64,000 bases of DNA, from the NCBI GenBank assembly GCA_963840825.1, contig CAWJAK010000004.1, positions 59,906-123,905 on the forward strand, in the 5' to 3' direction. The DNA comes from an uncultured Pseudomonadota bacterium (GTDB lineage Bacteria; Pseudomonadota; Gammaproteobacteria; Burkholderiales; Rhodocyclaceae). The position numbers and the translations under genes are program-made. The notes under the pieces were generated by a model. The model had not been told where the DNA came from, searched no databases, and saw nothing but the letters and a program-made list of their open reading frames with translations. Positions 57,892 to 64,000 of this stretch are shown here, in pieces. How positions within the stretch are numbered: the stretch's first letter is position 1; each line of letters opens with the position of its first letter.

Positions 57892-58830
57892 CGCGGCGAG
57901 CAGTTTCTCCGCGCCGACATGCGCCGCCGCTTCCAGCGTGCCGGCATAGCCGACCGGAATACGCGGTGCGCCGACACGCTTGACCGGGATGCCGAGTTCC
58001 TCGGCGATGGTCGCTGCGATCTCGGCTCCGAAGCCGGCCACCTGCACAGCCTCGTGCGTGACGAGCGCACGTCCGGTGCGAGCGGCCGAGGCAAGTACAC
58101 AGTCGCGATCCCAGGGCCAGATCGTGCGCAGATCGATCACCTCGACCGAAACCCCTTGTTGCGCCGCTTGTTCTGCCGCTGCCAGCGCGACATGCACTTG
58201 TTTCGACCAGGTGACCAGCGTGATGTCGTTGCCCGGGCGTACCACCTGCGCTTTGCCCAGTTCAGTGGTCACGGACGGATCGACTTCGCCGCTCGTGCCC
58301 CACAGCATCTTGTGCTCCATGTAGATGACCGGGTCGCCGCAGGCAATGGCGGCGGTCAGCAGGGCGTGGTTGTCGGCGGGTGTCGCCGGCGCGACGACGA
58401 CGAGGCCCGGGATGTGGGCGAACCAGGTCTCGAAGGATTGCGAGTGCTGCGCCGCCGAGGCGGCCCAGATGCCAATCGGCAACCGCGCCACGAGCGGTAC
58501 CCGGCCCTGGCCGCCAAACATGTAGCGGTTTTTCGCCGCCTGATTGACGATTTCGTCGATCGCGCAGAGGGCGAAATCGGCGACGCGCATTTCAACGACC
58601 GGACGCAGGCCGGTGAGGGCCATGCCGACTGCCGCGCCCATGATCGCGGCTTCGGAGATCGGCGTATCGATGACCCGCGCTGCGCCGAATTCATTCTGCA
58701 GGCCGGCATACTGCCCGAAGATGCCGCCGCGGCCGATGTCCTCGCCCAGCGCGACGACGTGGGGGTCGGCGCGCATCGCAGTGGCGAGCGCCTGGCAGGC
58801 GGCTTGTGCATAAGTCAATTGGTTTGTCAT
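57871..58830 (-). CDS. TPP-dependent 2-oxoacid/acetoin dehydrogenase E1 beta subunit
   Basis: GEDI, DTPISE, AQHSQS, IDLRT. Confidence 0.92.
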   Translation of the reverse strand: MTNQLTYAQAACQALATAMRADPHVVALGEDIGRGGIFGQYAGLQNEFGAARVIDTPISEAAIMGAAVGMALTGLRPVVEMRVADFALCAIDEIVNQAAKNRYMFGGQGRVPLVARLPIGIWAASAAQHSQSFETWFAHIPGLVVVAPATPADNHALLTAAIACGDPVIYMEHKMLWGTSGEVDPSVTTELGKAQVVRPGNDITLVTWSKQVHVALAAAEQAAQQGVSVEVIDLRTIWPWDRDCVLASAARTGRALVTHEAVQVAGFGAEIAATIAEELGIPVKRVGAPRIPVGYAGTLEAAAHVGAEKLLAALLGFGS

Positions 58831-59834
58831 TGCCATTGGCCGGCTCCCGTGTTCTGGATGTCGGTGAAGGCCAGTTCGGGTGCAGGCCACGGTGCCGCGC
58901 TGGCCGCGGCGACGGCCGCATCGATTTCCGCCTTGGCTTCGGCATCGATGGCGGCGACCGGGATGCCTTCCGCCGCGAGCCGTGCGGTCGCGCGTTGCAG
59001 CGGGTCGCTGTCGAGTGCCCGCTCGACTTCGTCCTGTAAACGATAGGTGGCCGGGTCGACGGAAACGTGGCCCTTCACGCGGTAAGTCAGCGCATGCAGC
59101 ATGCGCGGCCCGCTGCCGGCGCGAATTTCGGCCACCAGCTTTTCGGCGGCCTCATGCACTGCCAGCACATCGTTGCCATCCACGGTGACGGCCGGGATGC
59201 CCAGGCTCAGCGCGCGTGCTGCGGCGCCGTCGCCGGCGGTCATCGTATGGGTGGCCGTGGTGGCGGAGTAGCGATTGTCCTCGCAAACGAACAGCACCGG
59301 CAGCGCATACACCTGCGCCCAGTTCAGTCCTTCGAGGAACGGTCCCCGGTTGATCGCGCCGTCGCCAAAGAAGCAGGCGACGAGGGCGCCGCTGCCGCGA
59401 ATCTTGGCGGAGTGGGCCGCGCCGACCGCGATCGGAATGCCCGCCGCGACGACGCCATTGGCGCCGAGCATGCCGACCGAAAAGTCGGCGATGTGCATCG
59501 AGCCGCCCTTGCCGTGGTTGGTGCCGGTGGTGCGGCCGAACAGCTCGCACATCATCGCCGTGGTGTCGGCGCCCTTCGCCAGCGTGTGGCCGTGGCCACG
59601 GTGGGTGGACGTCAGGTAGTCGCTGCGTGCCAGACAGGCGCAGACGCCGGCGGCGACCGCTTCCTGTCCGGTGGAGAGATGCAGCGGCCCGCGCACCAGG
59701 GCTGTGCCGCTGGAACTGCTGCCGAAGGCGGCGACCCCGCCGCGGCTGGCTTCCTCGGCGGCATTCTCGAAGGCACGAATGCGCGCCATGGTGCGATACA
59801 GTGTGAGCAGGCGTTCTGCCGTGTTGTTGTTCAT
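58827..59834 (-). CDS. TPP-dependent dehydrogenase E1 alpha subunit
   Basis: HLSTGQEA, THRGHGH, GKGGSMH, GDGA...EDN TPP motif. Confidence 0.92.
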   Translation of the reverse strand: MNNNTAERLLTLYRTMARIRAFENAAEEASRGGVAAFGSSSSGTALVRGPLHLSTGQEAVAAGVCACLARSDYLTSTHRGHGHTLAKGADTTAMMCELFGRTTGTNHGKGGSMHIADFSVGMLGANGVVAAGIPIAVGAAHSAKIRGSGALVACFFGDGAINRGPFLEGLNWAQVYALPVLFVCEDNRYSATTATHTMTAGDGAAARALSLGIPAVTVDGNDVLAVHEAAEKLVAEIRAGSGPRMLHALTYRVKGHVSVDPATYRLQDEVERALDSDPLQRATARLAAEGIPVAAIDAEAKAEIDAAVAAASAAPWPAPELAFTDIQNTGAGQWQ

Positions 59835-59883
59835 GGCGGGCAGGTCAGGTTCGTTGTCAGGATGGGGAGTCTATTCAAAGCAG

Positions 59884-59907
59884 TGCCGTCTCGCCAGCGC
59901 TGACTTT
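59884..59907 (+). repeat. Dispersed 24-bp motif, copy 14
   Basis: TGCCGTCTCGCCAGCGCTGACTTT(CA), intergenic. Confidence 0.88.
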
Positions 59908-59922
59908 CAGAGACGCCCGTTT

Positions 59923-60246
59923 TCAGATAAGCCAGCTCAGGAGCCAGAATGCCGCGAAACCACTGCCGATGGTGAGCAGCGTGTTCTTCCAGCGCGCGGC
60001 GACGGCGATGGCGACCAGCCCGGCCCAGAAGCGCGGGTTGCCGGTGCCGATATCCAGTTGTCCGGCGACCAGCACGAGTTCCGGGACGGTGATCGCCGTG
60101 AGCGCGGCGATCGGCACGAAGGGCAGCCAGCGGATGAACCAGCCCGGCGGCCGGTAGTGGCCTTCGAGCGCGATGAAGGAATAGCGGATTGCGAAGGTGA
60201 GCAGGCCGCAGGCGAGCCAGAGCAGCAGCAGGGCCGTCTGGTTCAT
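59923..60246 (-). CDS. azlD: AzlD-family membrane protein
   Basis: TFAIRYSF, VPIAALTAI; coupled to azlC. Confidence 0.85.
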   Translation of the reverse strand: MNQTALLLLWLACGLLTFAIRYSFIALEGHYRPPGWFIRWLPFVPIAALTAITVPELVLVAGQLDIGTGNPRFWAGLVAIAVAARWKNTLLTIGSGFAAFWLLSWLI

Positions 60247-60929
60247 GCTGGCTTCCTGCTTTGCATGAAGGCGCCGGCAGCCAGGCCGGCGAGCGCCGCG
60301 GCGAACAGGCCGGTCTTGTAGGGCAAGGGTGCGAGCAGTACGGCGACGATACCGGCGACGAGCGCAGCAATGAGGCGGGCCCGGCTGTCGATCAGCGGCA
60401 CGACGATGGCGATGAAGGTCAGCGGCAGGGCGAAGTCAAGGCCGAGATCGGCCGGCAGTTGCGTGCCGACCAGCACGCCGGCCAGCGTGGACAATTGCCA
60501 GCCTGCCCAGAGCGCGAAGCCCGACCCGAACAGGATCCAGTGCGCCTGCGCCGAACGTGGCTCGGCCAGCAGGTGCGGGATGGCGGCGGCGTAGGCTTCG
60601 TCAGTCAGCAGGTAGGCGAGCAGCAGCTTCCAGCGGCGTGGGAGCGCATGCAATATCGGGGCGACCGAGGCGCTATAGAGCGCGTGGCGCAGGTTGATCA
60701 GGCCGACCGCACCGACCATCAGCAGCGCCGGGGCGCCGGCGCCCACAAGTTGCGCCAGCAGGAATTGCGCCGAACCGGCGAACAACAGCGAGGACATCAG
60801 GAAGGCCGCCAGCGGCGGGATTCCGCTTTGCAGCGCGACCACGCCGTAGATGACTCCGAACGGGGCCACCCCCAGCAGCATCGGCAGCAGGGCACGGATG
60901 CCCAGCAAAAAGGCGGCGGTACGCGTCAT
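60243..60929 (-). CDS. azlC: AzlC-family branched-chain amino acid exporter
   Basis: FAGSAQF, INLRHALYS, LTDEAYA, GLDFALP. Confidence 0.9.
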   Translation of the reverse strand: MTRTAAFLLGIRALLPMLLGVAPFGVIYGVVALQSGIPPLAAFLMSSLLFAGSAQFLLAQLVGAGAPALLMVGAVGLINLRHALYSASVAPILHALPRRWKLLLAYLLTDEAYAAAIPHLLAEPRSAQAHWILFGSGFALWAGWQLSTLAGVLVGTQLPADLGLDFALPLTFIAIVVPLIDSRARLIAALVAGIVAVLLAPLPYKTGLFAAALAGLAAGAFMQSRKPA

Positions 60930-60942
60930 GGCGGGATGCGGT

Positions 60943-62136
60943 TCAGCGCGACTTGACGCGGGTGCCGTCGGCAATCTTGTCGTCCGGATGGGTGATGATC
61001 TGCTCGCCGGCCTGCAGGTCGGCCAGCACCTGCACGTGCAGGCCGTTGCGCTGTCCCGTTTTGATCGCCCGCAGGCGGGCGCGGCCGTCGGCGACGACGA
61101 ACACCGCCCAGCCGCCATCGTTGCGGAACAGCGCGCTGGCGGGGATCTGCAACACCTCGTCTGCTTCCCAGATGACGAAGCGCGCTTCGACACGGTATCC
61201 GTCGCCGATGCGCTGCCACTCCGCACGCGGCGAGGCGAGGTCCGCGATCACGCGCACGCGCTGCTCCTCGACACCGAGCGCGGAGATCTTGGTGAAGCCG
61301 GTCGGCTCGACGACGCGCACGCTGCCTTGCAAGGCCGTATCGCCGCCCCAGCGGTCGAACAACACCTTCGCGCCGGGCCGGATTTTCACGGCCTGGCTGG
61401 AGAGCACCTCGACCTCGACTTCCAGGGATGCCGGATCGCCGACTTCGAGCAGGGGGCTGCCCGCCTGCACCGTGCCTTCGCTTTCGTGCAGCAGCTTGAG
61501 CACGACGGCCGCCACCGGCGTGCGCACCTCCAGCGTGTCGGCGGTCTTGCCGCCCGGCGTCCGGGGCGTGCTTGCGAGGGCCGCCCGCGCGCGCTCGACT
61601 TCGAACTGCGCGGCGGTGGCTTCGTGTTCCGCTGCCGTCTGCGCGGCCTGGCTGCGGTCGGCATCGGTGTGTGCCTTGTCCAGGCCCTGCGGTGAAATGA
61701 AATTGGCCGCGCGCAGCGATTCCGCGCGCGCAAGTTCCTGGCGGGCGAGTGTGGCTGCACTTGCAGCGGCTTTGGCGTTCGCCCGTGCCGCCGCGAGCGC
61801 GGCCTGGGCCGATTGCACTGCTGCGGCCGCTTGGGCATGGGAGCGCGGATCGAGTGCGCTCGAGCGCAGCGGTTCGATGACCGCCACCGCTTGCCCGGCC
61901 TGGACGGCGTCGCCGACGCGCAGGGCAATGCGGCGCGCCTGGCCGCTCACCGGGGCCGAGATGACGTACCGGTCGCGCACGCGCGTCTTGCCTTCCTCCT
62001 CGACCGTCACCTGGAACGGCCCCTTGGTGGCGGCGACCAACGCCACAGGCACGGCGCGCGGCAGGAAGCCGAGCGCGAGCCCGCCGGCGATGACGAGCGC
62101 CAGAAGGGTGATGCCGATTCGTGCGCGCAACTGCAT
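60943..62136 (-). CDS. Efflux periplasmic adaptor (MFP) of an ABC exporter
   Basis: EEGKTRVRDRYVISAP, FTKISALGVEEQRV, IPASALF. Confidence 0.9.
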   Translation of the reverse strand: MQLRARIGITLLALVIAGGLALGFLPRAVPVALVAATKGPFQVTVEEEGKTRVRDRYVISAPVSGQARRIALRVGDAVQAGQAVAVIEPLRSSALDPRSHAQAAAAVQSAQAALAAARANAKAAASAATLARQELARAESLRAANFISPQGLDKAHTDADRSQAAQTAAEHEATAAQFEVERARAALASTPRTPGGKTADTLEVRTPVAAVVLKLLHESEGTVQAGSPLLEVGDPASLEVEVEVLSSQAVKIRPGAKVLFDRWGGDTALQGSVRVVEPTGFTKISALGVEEQRVRVIADLASPRAEWQRIGDGYRVEARFVIWEADEVLQIPASALFRNDGGWAVFVVADGRARLRAIKTGQRNGLHVQVLADLQAGEQIITHPDDKIADGTRVKSR

Positions 62137-62163
62137 GATGCTGTCTTCCTTCCAGTACGTTTC

Positions 62164-64000
62164 CTATTCGCGCGTCTTGAGGACACCGATCAGATCGAGC
62201 CGGCCGAGCTGGCGCCACACCAGCCAGCCCGAGAGCAGCGCCGACACGACGATCACCGTCGCGCCCATCGCGTAGTTTTCCGGCGTGAGGATCAGGGGCA
62301 GGCGGTACAGCTCGCTCTTGAACGCCTGCACCAGGATGCCGACCAGCCCGATGCCGACGAGCATGCCGACCGGGATGGCGGCGAGCGCCAGCACCGCCAG
62401 CTCGCCGAGCAGGATATAGGCAATCTCGCCGCGGGTGAAGCCCAGCACGCGCAGGCTGGCGAGCTCGCGCCCGCCCTCCGAGAGCGCGATGCGCGCGCTG
62501 TTGTAGACGACGCCGAAGCCGATGGCGCCGGCCAGTACGGACGCCACGAGATTGTAGAACAGCACGAACTCGCCGATCGTCGCGTAGAAGCTGCGGATCG
62601 CCGCGGCATTCGCCACCATGCCGAGTACGCGCGGCCGCTCGTGCAGTTCGGCATAGACCAGAGGCTCGGTGCCGGGCTCGATGCCGAGGTAGGCGCCGGT
62701 GACGACGTTGCCTTCGCGCAGCAGTGTCGTTCAGCGAAGCCTGCTGCATGTAGGCCGAGACGCCCAGAAATTGCTGGGTGATGCCGAGCACCGGCACCTC
62801 GACGGTACGGCGCCGGCCCTCGAGGATCTCCACCGTCAGCAGGTCTCCCGGCTGCACGTGCAGCATCTGGTTGGCGAGGTGGTCGGTCAGCACTACGCCG
62901 CCCGCCGGGACGCTGATGGGCTGCAGGCGGCGGTCGAGCGAGCGGTGCAGTTTGCCGTCGGGCTGGATGCCGAAGAGCGCGGCGCGGTGGCTGTAGTTGC
63001 GGAAGTGCAGGATGGCGGGCACGTCGCGCAAGCCCTCGACGTGCATCACGCCCGGCAGGGCGGCCAGTTCGTGCAGCGCCTTGCCCGAGGTCGGCTCGAT
63101 GAAGGTCAGCGCCAGATCCTCGCGCGCGGCGTGGCGGAATTGCACATCCACCATGAAGTCGATTGCGCCCTTCTGGTAGTTGCCGACCATCATCAGGCCG
63201 CTGGCGCAGGCGATGCCGAGGACGGTCAGCAGCGACTTGACCGGGCGTCGCTCGATGTGGCGGATGATCATGCGTGACGGGGCGGCCAGCCAGCGTTGCA
63301 GGCCGAGGCGTTCGATCAGGGTGGCGCGGTAGATCGTCGGCGTTTCCGGCCGCATGCCCTCGGCCGGCGTCAGCCGTGCGGCACGGTAGACGGAAACGAG
63401 GGTGCCACTGACCGCGGCGACGGCGCTGACCGCCAGCGCGATCAGGACGACGCCGGCGTTCAGCAGGTAGTCGAGGTAGGGGAAGCGGAAGGTCGTCTCC
63501 ATGTAGACGTTCGACAGCCCGCGTCCGAACCAGGCCCCCAGCCCCGTGCCCGCCGCAACGCCGATGACGACCACGACCAGGACGAGCTTGACGAAATGGC
63601 CGCCGATGGCCAGGGTGGAATAGCCGAAGGCCTTGAGGACCGCGATCTGCTCGCGTTGCAGGGCGATGAGCCGGCTGATCACGACGTTGAGCAGGAAGGC
63701 CGCCACGCCGAGGAAAATCGCCGGGAAGATCGTCGCCGTCGTCTGCAGTTGCTTGAGTTCCTCGGACAGGAAACGGTTGGAGAACTGGTCCTTGCGCGGA
63801 TAGGCGCCCGTGCCGCCATAGGCGGCGAGGATGCCGTCGACGCGGTCGATTACCTCTTGCGCGTGCGCGCCGTGCTGCAGGGTCAAGGTGACGTTGTTGA
63901 ACGCGCCCGTCATGTCGTAGGCGGCGCCGAGCGCGTTGCGCCCCATCCAGAGCACGCCGTAGCGCTTGAAGTCCGGGAACATCGCGCCGGGCGCGATCTG
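62164..64000 (-). CDS. FtsX/MacB-like ABC permease, 5'-truncated (frameshift near 62725)
   Basis: QREQIAVLKAFGY and RELASLRVLGFT FtsX motifs in two frames. Confidence 0.88.

Noticed and set aside
44200-57900. Integrase, transposase, tRNA or integron attC sites at the island borders
   Set aside because: None is recognisable: no GTTRRRY/RYYYAAC cassette structure or tRNA cloverleaf was seen.

Overview
This is a GC-rich betaproteobacterial chromosome segment; gene content and order look Rhodocyclales/Sterolibacteriaceae-like (inference). Housekeeping blocks are ETF-QO, an ACP/adenylation/acyltransferase fusion, acetoacetyl-CoA synthetase, rlmJ, prmB, an NsrR-controlled NO-stress divergon (fpr-nsrR / hemerythrin-nnrS), dapC-dapD-pilU-dapE, queF, fadL, a PsrA-type TetR beta-oxidation cluster, a TRAP transporter, TPP-dependent E1 alpha/beta, azlCD and an ABC/MFP exporter. 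An accessory region at about 44.2-57.9 kb holds an FrpC/ApxIV-like remnant, a lipoprotein, a roughly 2,280-aa RTX protein with an N-terminal lipase domain, HlyB/HlyD, and a ParD-like antitoxin paired with a nucleotidyltransferase-like gene. The most striking unexplained signal is a dispersed, non-palindromic 24-bp motif, TGCCGTCCCGCCAGnnCYGACTTT. I found it 14 times by eye, 7 per strand, at gene 3' ends, in-frame inside permissive protein segments, and clustered around the RTX island. It behaves like a candidate DNA-uptake or protein-binding sequence. Many genes carry single-base frameshifts that are probably sequencing errors. No rRNA, tRNA, CRISPR array or transposase was seen.
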